Shown here one piece after another: positions 28,561 through 41,440 of a stretch of DNA of 64,000 nucleotides. The stretch's first letter is position 1; every line of letters starts with the position of its first letter. The stretch spans positions 99,078,001-99,142,000 of the forward strand of contig CM052817.1 of assembly GCA_028534125.1 (NCBI GenBank), read 5' to 3'. The DNA comes from Lama glama. Its lineage: Eukaryota. A model generated the notes under the pieces. The model was not told the DNA's origin, made no database searches, and saw only the letters and a list, made by a program, of their open reading frames with translations. The position numbers and the translations under genes are program-made.

Positions 28561-31455
28561 AGCTCTCGCGTTACTGTATGCAAATGTTTTGCAGCAGAAA
28601 AGAGACCAATTTTCCAAAAGTCAATCTGCCAAAAATAAACTCACTTAAATTATCAAAATCATCCATTTACCAATCATAAATGTCTGAAGAATACTGTTAT
28701 TGAATGTATTTAATATGACTATATTTTTCAACTGAACATATTATTCTATGATAAAATTAATAATATTTTTCCTAGCAACATTTCAAGAACTATTCAATTT
28801 TTAAAAACTGAGATCATAGGACTGTCCTGTCCTATTACAAACACAACTAAAATTTTAGTGTTTTAAGTGAATTTTTCACTAATTTCTCATTCTTTTCACA
28901 GTCTTGTCTATTTTTCCAACATTTCACCATATTCAGGATAATGTTGTCCCCTTTACATATTTAAAAAGTATTATACTGGGTGAAAGTTGGTTTTATAGGT
29001 GTAAAAATTTTGTGAAAATGTAACTGACCAGTTTTCATAACCACATTTTTTAAGGAACATCCTTTTGTCTGTCCCAGATCTCTACTGTTTGAAGCTGAAG
29101 GAAGTCTTTTTTGGAGGTAAGATTCCTGAGACTAGTAAGAATGAGGGGTCAAGGGAGGTACTAAAAGGCAAGGTCAGAGATAAAGATGAATCTTGGTCAT
29201 CACAGGCCTCATAGGCCCTCTCAACCCATACTGTGTAAACAAAGAATAAAACTAGTTTGGGGTAATTTAGTACAGCAGAGAATTAGTTTGCAGCAAATCG
29301 AGCTAAGTTCCTAGCAAAATGGCATGCATATTAATACAGGTTAATACATGTATGTTGAATGACTATGGTAAAATTTTATGTAAGGCAAAACTTTAAGTAT
29401 CATATTGTGATTTTTAAAAATACTCTTTCATTGTATTTTATATATGTTATGTATTTTTAAAATAACATGAGTACATGAATTCCACTTTAGGAGTAGCTTA
29501 ATTGTTCCATTTATGACACCCCAGAACATTATTCTGAAGGATTGTTGACTTTACTTTTTAAAAAAATAACCATGGGGAAAGGGCCAGAAAAGGATTCAGA
29601 AAAATTAAAATCTACACCAACTGTCTCTGATAAAGTGATTTACTTGTTAAAATATATTTAGAATATAAAAGTAAGAAGTATTCACTATTTTGGAAGCCCA
29701 TTAAAGTTAAGAAATCAACTATTATTTCCCTCTTTGCCATTTTACTAACAGATACTTGTTAGTTTGTAAATCTCAGTGGTTAGAATGTAAATATCACAGT
29801 AAAGTGTAATGTATTTAATCATATTCCATGTGAATTTATGCTTCTTTACAACTTAAGTGAAGTTTCTACACGTAGTGTTTAGTTTTAAATAGTTGGCCGA
29901 AAACTACAATGAGTTAAAAATTATCTTTCGGTTCGGTGTCCATTCACAATAAATTGTTTCTAGGGCATTGAATCATAACTTTGAGCCTTTCCTCATTGCT
30001 CAGTAAGAGGCAATTAACCTTATAAGGGAAGTAATTCTTTCACTGAAAGATTCTATCATTCATTTTCTTGGCGTCCCACAATGAGATCCCCCAGAATTTG
30101 TGTAAGTTTGAATCTTCTGTTATGTTATAAAATGTAAAACAAAATAAGTACGTAAACAACTACCTAAATGTATAAAACGTGTATATGGACAAATATATTT
30201 AACCAGAACACTACAAAAGAGACTGATAAAACTTTGAGGACAAAGCTGGATTCAAACATTAAGAATCTCATAAGTTGTATGTCAGAGAGGCATTTTAAAT
30301 TACTAACAAAAATAAGGAATAAGTCTTAAGTATCAGAGAAGAGCTTAAACTAAACTTTTCTTTAGTAATATTACGGTCCCCCGCTCCCCAACCTGCCTAG
30401 TGAGTGTGCAGATATGCGCAGAAAGCAGGCGCAGGCTAGTGCGCAGGCGCAGGCTTGAGGGTAGGCGCCACAGAGACCAATGCTGCCCGGCCATTAAACT
30501 TTTTTTTCACATCATGCATACTCCTTAGAAGACGGAGCACCAAAGTAATTTGTGCCAAAATCTAAAGAAATGAAGTCAGACAGTTAAGAACATACCAGTC
30601 TCCACACTAATAATTACATACCCTACAATTACGAATAAACAGATACATTGGCCAAAACCCTTGAAAGATTCCTTAATTTTAAAAGAAGAAATTTCTATTT
30701 CTTTAACAATTAAGTTCATATTTATATAACTTCTACAGGAAGTTATCAAATTTTCCCCATTATCTGACTTGTTGGTGGCTGTATTTTCAACATATTTGTG
30801 GAATGAATAACAGGATGTGTACAATAGAAAGCCAGGACCTTCTGACTGACTCCCAGCTGGTAACAAAGGAGAGAGAGATGTGTACAAGAAAGGATGAGGA
30901 AGGGATGTATTTTGACAAGATGTCATGGGCAGAACCAAAGAACCTACAACCGTGGGTTTGGTGGGCAAAGGGAGGGGAACAAAAAGGGGACAAAAAATAG
31001 GGGTGGGTAGATAGGGGCAGGCAGTTTGATTAAAGGGAGGTCCCCCACATCCCGTTTTTAAAAAAAATAAATCCCGAAGAGTCAAATTACATGGCATTTC
31101 TGGTACTGAGCTGGAGCAAGGAAGCAAAACCCAGGAAGTAAGATCAGAAAGACAAGAGTTACTAAAATCAGGACAGAAATTGGAACTTAATAGTCTGCTA
31201 AGTGATTAGACCAGAAAGAATACTTCTACTTTTGCTTATTTTCTGCCAAAAATAAAAAAATATATATATAAGTATTACAAGCATCTAATTGAAACCACAG
31301 AGATGAGAAATCCTTAAATGTTTCTAGCAAATGAAGAATGCTAAATGGAAATTAACAACACAGAATCAATCATAACTAAAGAAGTATGGAATGATAGTGA
31401 TGTTTCCTCTAACAAACTTCATAAACATATTTTATAAATATAATAACAATAATCA

Positions 31456-31461
31456 GTGCTC

Positions 31462-31512
<51 letters not shown>

Positions 31513-31562
31513 GGCCCCTGCGCGAGGATGACACGCAAATTCGTGAAGCGTTCCATATTTTT
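31456..31562 (+). pseudogene. RNU6: Full-length U6 snRNA retrocopy (processed pseudogene)
   Basis: GTGCTCGCTTCGGCAGCACATATAC...CGTTCCATATTTTT matches U6 apart from A69G (31524). A-rich tail, 14-bp TSD AATAACAATAA(T/G)CA at 31442-31455 and 31576-31589, no recognisable PSE upstream. Confidence 0.95.
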
Positions 31563-32988
31563 AAAATAAAAAAAAAATAACAATAAGCAAAAGGGCTTTT
31601 GCAGGTTCACGCCTGAATTCAGTCCACTGAACCTAAATTTTCCCATAATACGTTAAATTCTTCAAAAAATTCTACTACCAAGGAGTTTTTTTTTTTTTTA
31701 ATGTAATCCTTTGTAAAAGGTAATGGTAACTCTTCTATGTAATGTTCATTGCCCCTTTAAAAACTAAACTCATTAGGGCAGTAAGCACAATGAGCTTTCT
31801 TTTCGTTATAATCACTGTTTAAGAAAAATATTTACATACTCATTTATTTTTTGTAAATTGTTTTGAATGCCTACAATATGAAAGATACCATTCTAGATAC
31901 TGGAAATACAGAAATGGACAACAAAAAGGTAGACGGTTGCATGGAGAAATATTTTACTAAGCGTTAGAGAGAAGTTAATCTAAATGTGCTATTTAAACCT
32001 ATATTTTGAGAAGCAAATATTTATTATTTATAGAAAAAAGGCCCAAAGAACCTTAAAATGCCTGGGGTTACCGTTTAAAGAAGGGGAGAAAATCTGAAAA
32101 TCAGGGTGACTATTATAAAATCCAACCTTACTCCTTCCTACCAGGCTTTCTGGTGAACTATTCAGTTATTTATTTCAGAAGGAAATAACACTGCATACAC
32201 ACATAAATAATATGACAATGCCACTATCCACCCTCAAATTGTGTTCTGCTATTTACTTAAAACACTTTAGACCTTAAATTCATATTCGAACCAACACATA
32301 ACAAATCAAACCTATACTCAGGTTTTGTGAAGATAACACACTTTTAGCTAATCCATACTCATAAATTAAACTAATACCTAGCTAGCTCATCAAATATAAA
32401 CAATTACAAACAACTGTATCTTAATATACAATTGGGATCTAAAAAAAATATTCTAGCAAAATAAAATAAATTAAATTTTTATGGGACCTCAAAAGTAAAT
32501 CTAATATGTTCAATACAAATAATAGAGTTATTTTTACAAATTTGTTCTAAATATGCAATAAACTAGTCATCTCTAAATGATGGCAAACAAAGAAAAATAC
32601 TTTGAGAATAAATCAAAGTATTTTAAATGGCTACACTATGTTTGATTTTAAATATATTAAAAAATGTTAAAATGTGACCAATGTCTAAAGCTCCATGAGG
32701 AATCAAATGATACCTATTTTCACTTACTATTTATGGTCTCAATATTCAACAAAGCTGGCACATTAGTACATATTCAAAAACTTGTGGAATGAATGATTAT
32801 ACATATTTATAAAGTACCTGAATAGCTTATTAATGTCTATATTTACTTAAAAGTTCACTGCTAACTTTTATAGTAAATTTGAACCTTTTAACATCACAAA
32901 TTCCCTATAAAATAAATTTTGCATTACTTATAAATTATAGAAATACTGTGAAAACGCAGATAAACACATGATGCAGTTTGGACATTTT

Positions 32989-33079
32989 AAGTATTTATTT
33001 TAATAGAGGTACTAGGGATCGAACCCAGGACCTTATGCATGCTAGGCCATGTGCTCTACCACTGAGCTATATCCTCCCT
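32989..33079 (-). mobile_element. Short tRNA-derived SINE, same family
   Basis: Reverse-complement A/B boxes (ccactgagcta; gggatcgaacc); perfect 15-bp TSD CAGTTTGGACATTTT (32974-32988 / 33080-33094). Confidence 0.9.
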
Positions 33080-33329
33080 CAGTTTGGACATTTTGAAAGA
33101 CATCCTTGTCACCATACAAATGTAAGTTGTCTATACACTTACTAATGTTGTGGTATATAAATTGGATGATACTATCTGAAGTGTTCTTGAGATGTTTATC
33201 AATGTCTTACCAATGCAGCATTCAAAACCCACAAATAAAATAAGACCCACATGCAAACTTTAAAAAAAATATGAAGCTAAACCAGAAGATGTCACAAAAA
33301 CAGGGGTTCCACGATTATCAAGAGAGACA

Positions 33330-35610
33330 ACTGAAAGAATGTGTCATGAGCTATGTTGCACTCAGTGCCTGTGTCTTGGTTTCTAACAGTCATTCTCACT
33401 GAAAGGAATCATGTCTCTTCAGAGTAATAGCTGGTTCCAGGGCTGCAGGAAAGAAGGTACAAGACGAGCTACAAGATAAGCCTAGAAACTCTTGCCTTCT
33501 CATAAAGTCAGAAAGTGCTCAAGAAAATGAAGAGGCATGACCAAACCATGTAAGAACCAGCTTCTACTGGCCTAATATGGAATAACTTCAGCACTACAAT
33601 GATTATAAACATTAATGAATTACCACTGAAAATTAACAGAAATTCGTGAGTCCACACCAATAATAAATAAATAAAACTGGGTGAGACAGAAGGATCTTAC
33701 GTTAAATTATAATGTCATTAATCAATACATAAGAACAGCTGATGTTGGAAAATGATCATCTTGTAACTATGGTTATAAAGACCAAAATAGGCAAGTTTAG
33801 TCAGATTACATTAGTTTTCCCCCAGTGTCATTTTTCTGTTCCAAGGTTTCACCCAAGATACCATATGACATTTAGTCTTCAAGTCTCCTTAAGGCTCCTC
33901 TGGGCTGAAGCATTTTCTAAGACCTTCCTTATTTTTGATGATCTTAAAATCTATGAGGAGTAATGACCAGGCCATTTGTACAATGTCCTTCAGTTTGGGT
34001 TTGTCTGATATTTTCATGGATTATGGGTTTTGAGGGAAAAACCATGGAGGTACAGTACCAGTCTCATCATATATCAGAGATACATGCTATCAACATGGCT
34101 TATCACTGTATTAACCTTATCACCTGGCTAAGGTATGTGTTTGACAGGTCTCCACTTCATACTGTACTCTTTGGAACCAAGTCACTAAGCACAGCCCCCA
34201 CTTAATGGATAGAGAGTTCTACTCCACTTTCTTTAGAAGGAAGGATCTACTAAATTAGTTGGGATTCTTCTGAAAGGCAGATTTGTCTCTTCTTTCCTAT
34301 CTATTCAAGTATTTATTGATATCAGTATGGACTCATGGATTTTTTAATACTTTTGGTTATAATCTAATGCCAATTTATTGATTTTGTTTGTTCAAATTGT
34401 TCCAGCTTTGGCCATCAAGAGTTCTTTCGTTTGGCTCTGGGTCCCTCTGACATAACCCTATCATTCTGTTTTGTGAGCACTCCTTTGCTTTCTGGCACTC
34501 AATAAGCTCCAGGCTCATCTTGTATAGTCTTTGCCCCAACTGCAGAATTAGCCCTTTCTCTAAGGAGCCCTGCTTCCTTTCATTGGTGATTGGATTGGTA
34601 TTAGAAACTAAGGTCTGGCGTTGGATATGCTCATTGTTACTGGGGTGCCCTTGCTTCTAGACTCTCTCAGTGGACAAACTAAAAATATGTGTGTGTATAT
34701 ACATATGCTAACTCATGTAGAGACACTTATCTATAAATTATTTCTGTATATATCCATTTGTATCTATAATAAGCTAAACATGGAGTTCACAATGAAGTCT
34801 AAGAATCTATGGTCTAGAACTACATGATTCTTTTAGCCTGCAGAGGGTAAATTTTGATAACAAGTAGGATACTTTCATGGTCTGACTACAGACTGCTTGA
34901 TTAGGTGCAAACGAGAAAATAATAAATATGCTGGAGACACTGGACAACACCTTGAAGGGCTAATTAAAATTAATATCAGCACTGAAGGGCAGATGGACAT
35001 TGTATGGCTCTGGAGGTGAAACTCTGAGAAAGACATGTAACTTATATTCCAACTAGATGCGTAATGTGAACCTAACCATAAAAAGTACATAAATTAAAAT
35101 GAGGGTTATTCTTTTTAAAAAGGGGGGACTGTATTCTTCAAAACCATCAATGTCAGAAAAGACAAAGGAAGGGTGAAGAAATGTTTCAGATTAAAAGAGA
35201 CTAAAGAAATTAAATGTAATAACTAATCATAGACTAGATCCTATACTGGAGGGAAAAAAATGTTTTAAAGGACATCACTTGGGCCAGTTGATGAAAATGA
35301 AGTATGAATGGTAGGTAGACTGAAGTATTATAACCATGCCAAGTTTCATAAATTTGATAATTATTGTGGCTATATAAATAAGATAATGTTCTTATTCCTA
35401 AGAAATATATATTTAAGTATTTAGGGATAAAGGAGCATGATGTATACAAATGGTATAGGAAAAAAAAGTGTATATTTAGATATACATACATAAGTATACA
35501 CACACGTACATATGTATGTGTGTACATATATATATATATATAGCAGGGAAGAATATGAATGAGCAAATGCTAAAACAAAAAGGGCAAAATGTTAAATATA
35601 GGTCCTTTAA
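33330..35610. mobile_element. L1MC-type 3' fragments, including an oppositely oriented piece at ~33790-34840
   Basis: L1MC3/4-like motifs (ttgttcaaattgttccagctttggccat; aaagacaaagga..gg.tgaagaa.tgtt.cagattaaa.gagactaaag). Confidence 0.6.
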
Positions 35611-36228
35611 AAAGAACACATTCTACATTTCATGTATGATAAAGATATGACATATATCTGACAAGATTAGGCCAACATTAGTGAAACAGGCTTTGCAATG
35701 TTTTCCAGAAATAGTTATTTTCTCCTGTGATAAAAAGGACATCTTTGGAAGAGGGTAAAGCTAACTGGCCAATATGGAAACTGACTTGTAACTGCAATTT
35801 CATTAGCACCACTGGCGGATACGCATTTATAGAGTATATACAAACACAACTCTGGCCCTTCTTTAAGGAGTTTCCCTAGTTCAACCACTAAGAACTCTAA
35901 ACTGAAACTCAGTAGAACAGCATATAGGTCTATCTATATTCATAATTCAAATCATTTGCAACTAAAAGAGTTACCATTAATAAGTGTTAACTGAAACTAT
36001 AATAACACTTTATAAAGAGTGATCCTCTACTTCAAATTACAACAATAAAATTTCTCCTGAAAATTTTGTCACAACCTTTGTATTTTTAATCTACTCTTAA
36101 TATGATAAAACTACGTTACTCTGAAATCAGAGAACTATTCTAGACGAGAACTTTTTCAAAATAATGGAAGATTTAATAAAACTATATTCCTTTAGGTGGA
36201 AATATTTCTGAACCATAGTATGGTATTC

Positions 36229-36697
36229 TGGTAGGCAGAATTATGCTCCTTTCCAAAGATACACACATTCTAATCCCTGGAACCCATGAGTATGCTGCCT
36301 TCCGCGGCAAAGAGGAGTTAAGGTTGCAGATGGAATTAGGTTATTAATCAGCTAATCTTAAAATAAGAAGGTTAACTTCGATTATCCAGTGCACCCAATG
36401 TAATTACAACCCTTCCAAGTGGAACAGTGTGGCAGAAGGGTAGTAGGCCAGAGTAATGTGACGTAAGAAGCACTCAACCTGCGATCCTTGTTTTTAAAGA
36501 TGGAGCAAGGGGGCCATGAGCCAAAGGATGTGGGATGACTTTAGAAGCTGGAAAAGGTAAGGAAACAAATCCTTCCCCACAGTCTCTAGAAAGGAATGCA
36601 GTTCTGCCAACACCTTGATTTTAGCTCAGTGAGACACATACTGTTCAAGCCACTAAATTTGTGGTAATTTTTAAAGCAGCAATATAAAACTACTATG
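36229..36697 (+). mobile_element. MLT1D-like solo LTR
   Basis: tggtaggcagaa...ctaatccctggaacc...gaagctggaaaagg.aaggaaac...aagccactaaatttgtggtaattt. Confidence 0.8.
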
Positions 36698-38127
36698 TAT
36701 ACTTTTCTTTTCTCCTATAGAATGTATAATAAATATAATTTAATTTCTAAAATCAAAGGGAATCATTAAGGGAATCAACTACTGTTTTAACAAACTATCT
36801 ACCCCAACCTCTAAGCACACACATAGAAAATGACCACATCGATGCTTAGAATATAATACAGTTTTCATGTGATCTTTTGACAAAAATGTTCTACTATTAT
36901 CTACTTCTGCACTTCATTTACTGTCAATGGCTCTGCTCTCATTACTCTCCACATCACTGACTACACCTCAATCTGTACTGTACTCTTTCCTACTTGGTCC
37001 TCCTTTTAATACTTTCCTGCCCTTTCTGATTACACAGTATCTCCTGGTCTTCTTGGCTCTTGCATAAAGATTGGCCTTAAATGCACAAAGCTAGTCAATG
37101 CCTTTTCCCCTTGTCTGCAAATCTGCCAATCAGCATATAATAGTCTGCTCACTTCAGCTCTTTTCATTGTTGCTGAGTATTCACTGGTTGTTTTCCAAGG
37201 ATCTTTCTCCCCCTATTTGCAACCTGAAGCTTAGATTTTTTCCATAGGAGGTTATATATATGTACTCTACCTGCAAACTAGAATCAGAGAGCAGCAGAGA
37301 TAATGATAGTATAGTTGTACACATACTCTCATTGCTATAAGCAGCTCTGATAAATGGCAATGTAAGTGCATTTCATTTTCTCTACACTTAGGCAACCTCC
37401 CCCATGCCTGCCCTGTACGTTCTCAGTAAGTGTTTAAAGGACAAGGCAGAAAATAAGCTCTTAATTTCCTACTGTGAAAGTTATAGGAAGCAGAGAAAAC
37501 AAAGCAAAGTCAAGATGCACACAGTATCAGAACAGAAAATTATACATTTAATCTACAATACATTTTCCTAAAACCTATCTGCATTCAATAATTACTGAAT
37601 ATTTGAATGCCTTCAAATATTTAAATAGTGTAAACATTATTAACTGAGAGCTACTATATGTTCAAAATTATGTCTTATTCATTCCTGTTTCCCTGCTGTC
37701 CAGAATTACGTATGCTTGGAAGTAATCTTTTTCAACCTTACAAAAAAATTGTATATAAGCCTAGATCTTGGCAATCTAACAATAATAAACCTTACCAATT
37801 AGCATCACATAATCACAAGGCTGAAATATTAGCATTATATGTTCATTAAATCTATGTTTTACATTGATCACATGTAACACTGTAAAGTAGGAGCATATGT
37901 ACTATGGTTTTATACATACTTTTTATATAATAACTCTCAAGGTAACTTCAGCTGACAATTTCCATGGGAAAGTATAAGCTGTACATAATGGGATCCTGGC
38001 TTTTTTTTTAATATATAAAAGACAATAAAATATGGTAAAGCTATATACAACCTAGGATTTAGTATAAAATACATTAGACTTTGAAATGTATTCATTTATA
38101 TGTACATATATTTAAATTTACTGAATA

Positions 38128-38296
38128 CTATAATGAAAATGTAAACGAATATGGAAAAGAATATACGGATGTACATGTATGACTGAAACATTATGGTGTA
38201 CACCAGAAATTGGCACAACATTGTAAACTGACTACACTTCAACTAGAAATAAAAATAAACAAATAACGCTGCAATCAAAAAAAAAGAAAAAAAAAG
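38128..38296 (+). mobile_element. 5'-truncated L1 3' end with A-rich tail
   Basis: Same family motif; TSD AAA(T/C)TTACTGAATA (38114-38127 / 38297-38310). Confidence 0.8.
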
Positions 38297-38764
38297 AAAC
38301 TTACTGAATAACTATTAATACATCAATGAAGGAAATTAACCCCGCCAGAAAAGTTAACCAAATATTTTACCTGTTTTCATGTTTTGCTCATTCTCGTGAA
38401 ATCTACCTTCACAATATAAGTTAACATGTAAAATCAGAGCAGAGATAATTCAGTTTTTTTCATTTAAAAATATCTTTTGAAATATTTTAAATATGACTAA
38501 TGTTCGAATTATATAAATCTACCATTTCAATTTCCTTGTAAAAAACTTTTGAAGAATCATATGGCATTTTTATGAGTCTGAATATTAATTTATTATATCT
38601 GAAAGAGTCAAAAGTATTAGAATTCATGAATGAATAAAATGTGATTTAATAAAGCACAATATGAAACAGACTCATTTCAAAATAACAAGTTATCATTTTA
38701 GGGTCTTGCTGGACTTTTTTCTAATTAAAGATTTCCAATGAAACTATTTAGGAAAAGCTTTAAA

Positions 38765-38939
38765 ATAATTTAAGAAACTATTTTATTGTATTTATTTTGG
38801 GGTTTTTTTGGAGGGGAAGGTAGTTTAGGTTTCTTTGTTTATCTATTTATTTATTTGTTTAAATGGAGGTACTGGGGATTGAACCTAGGACCTCGTGCAT
38901 GGTAAGCACACACTCTATCACTGAGCTATACTCTGCCCC
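38765..38939 (-). mobile_element. tRNA-derived SINE, same family
   Basis: Reverse-complement A/B boxes (ctgagctata; ggggattgaacc); TSD AAGCTTTAAA (38755-38764 / 38940-38949). Confidence 0.88.
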
Positions 38940-39929
38940 AAGCTTTAAAGTGATTTTAATCTTAAAAGTTAAAGGAAGATCAATACCTGATATTGACTTC
39001 ACACTAAAATGTTATCAGTTAATACAAATAGTATTAATAATGACAAAACCTTTAGCTAAATGTAAACTGACCTATATTGAAAGAGCAAGGATATGAATAA
39101 CTAAATTCCTGCAAGCAAAATAAAAAGATATGACTTTTTAAAATACAGAGTATTGCAGCATTTATGAAACAGAATGCCATCAACCTCCACATAAAAGCTG
39201 AAATCCAAACAGATTTTGGAACTGATGTCAGTTTACTTCGGAGAGCCTACTATATTTGGTAAACTGCTTCCTCTTTGATAACACAGTGGTTTCAGTTTTA
39301 TATAAAGACTCATTATAAGCCACAATGTTTCCTAAGTATAAAATATGCATTTTATTAACTCCATTTCCCTTTTATAAACAGCCATGGATGTAACTACCAA
39401 TCACTTTAAAACCAGATTTAAATTTCAAGTATTCTTCCTATGATTTACTACATCTTAACTTTGGAAATTTCCTAAGCAGACTACCTAACAATTTACACTG
39501 CAACCACTTCTTAAAGGTTGCATAAAATGATGATAATGACAACTGCTATTTGGTCTTCCATGAAGTTAAAAAGCAAAAGAAAGCAAACAAAAAACCCAAA
39601 ACAACATGGGTCTGGTATCTCTTTATCTGCCTGCATTATCTGATCATGTCACAACATTTCCGAAAAGTATGCCAAGGTTTCATTCTTCTCTTCTGAAAAT
39701 TAATGGGACAGAAAAGGGTTTGGGAGTATCTTGAGAAGGCAAGGATAAGTAGGTGTGCAATGGATATTATTTAAGTTGTAGGAAAGCAGAACTTAAGGAA
39801 CCATTACAGGCAACTGCTGAAAGGGCATTAAAAAGCAAAAGGGGCATGGCATTGACAGGATACCAACTAAAATTCTTGGCTTTCAAATAAACTGTCCCCA
39901 TCTTTGCAAGCCATGTTTTGCTACTCCCT

Positions 39930-40085
39930 AGCTTCAGAATCCAACCAAGTTATTTAATCTCTCTGCCTTGGTTTCTACATAGCTAGGGATAATAATAGGA
40001 TATAACTCATTATGGATGTGCTGAGAGGATTAAAACAATTAAAGTGCTTAGTATAGTGCCTGGCACAGAATAAGAAGTCAATATC
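39930..40085 (+). mobile_element. MIR SINE
   Basis: caagttatttaatctctctg...gaggattaaa...aaagtgcttag...agtgcctggcacag. Confidence 0.7.
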
Positions 40086-41254
40086 CTTCTTGTGTAAATC
40101 TCCTTTCAATGGAGTTTTAAAAGACTTTCAGGACATCCCCTCTAGAAATCTCACATTGAAAGTCTGACTCTGGAGATGAGAAGAAACCTATTGGAAAGAA
40201 GAGGCACCAAAATTATCAATCAACCTACAGGTATTTGCTGAGCATGTACTTATGAATCGAGTCATGTAATGCTACCAAATAAATATGACATCTGCCTTTT
40301 AATATCTTTTCATGTTAGTAAGGTAATAAAGGGAGAGGAATCTACAGATAGTGACATAGAGACAACAAAAATGAAAACATATATTAAACTGTTTGAAACT
40401 GATGATAACTAGTTTGTCAGTTCATAGAAAGCTCTCTGTGGGGTTATCACGTGATAGATGCAAGGAAGCCAGCCTGGGCAGACAAAGACCTCAGACTGAG
40501 GGTCAGTGGGAATCAAAGTTGATTAGGTGGAATTTTCAAGATTTTAAAGAATAATGGCATAATGATAGTCTGCTTTATTCTATACCTATAAGTAAAAACT
40601 CTGTTAAGGGAACCAGAATTAAAACCTGTATTTGACAGAATCCTTGAATTACTGAATCCCTGAGAAGTTCCCCTTCCTGTGTTCCTTCCTACTTTCCTCA
40701 AATATTTACTAAATACCTACCACCTAGTAGGCAGTAAATAAGGTGCTGGGAATAAGAAGTCAATAAGATAAGGACTACACCTGGCTTGATGAGAAAAACT
40801 TTAGTACAGATAATCTCAGAAGAAAATCAGCAATGTTCCCAGCACTATTTTATCTCCTTTTAGGTGAGTAGATTGTATTCATTACAACTTAAATGATTTT
40901 ACAGTGTCAAGAGTGCATCAAATTGACATATTTATTATATTTTAGACATGTATTCATATCAAAAGCATGTATTCTTAAACTCCATCCTGAAAGTTCTAGT
41001 CACTTAAAATATACCAAGTAAACGAGTTTAGAAACTTGAATATAATTTGAGGTTAGGGACCTAAAAAACTATACTAGAACTGCGCACGAGCCCTCAGATT
41101 TAGAACACCCTGGCAGTTTTGTCAGTTGCCAGAAAACCAGTAACAACAAAAAAACTAATCCTGGTTGGCAAAAGGGAAAGTGAGAATAATTTAGAGATAA
41201 CGTTAGGCTCAGAAGAATATATCTAACCCCCACAAGGCAATCCAACACTTAGAA

Positions 41255-41440
41255 GAGCCTGAAACCTTGGGCAAATTGCTCATCCTTCCCATATCTTGGT
41301 TTCTTCCCCTGTAAAATGGTGATAATGTGTAGGACCCACCTCGAAGGACTAGCAGTGGTGATTTCTGAACTAATATCGGTAAAGCACTTAGGACGGTGCA
41401 TACACACTGTAAATGCCTCACACATCCTGTTATTATTATA
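41255..41440 (+). mobile_element. MIR SINE
   Basis: MIR core ccttgggcaa.tt.ct...ttt.ctt..cctgtaaaatgg...taaagcacttag. Confidence 0.7.

Noticed and set aside
30576..31127. 183-aa minus-strand ORF
   Set aside because: Non-ATG start, no recognisable homology, composition reflects purine-rich plus-strand sequence.
31456..31562. Functional U6 snRNA gene
   Set aside because: A tail plus TSD and no PSE indicate a retrocopy.
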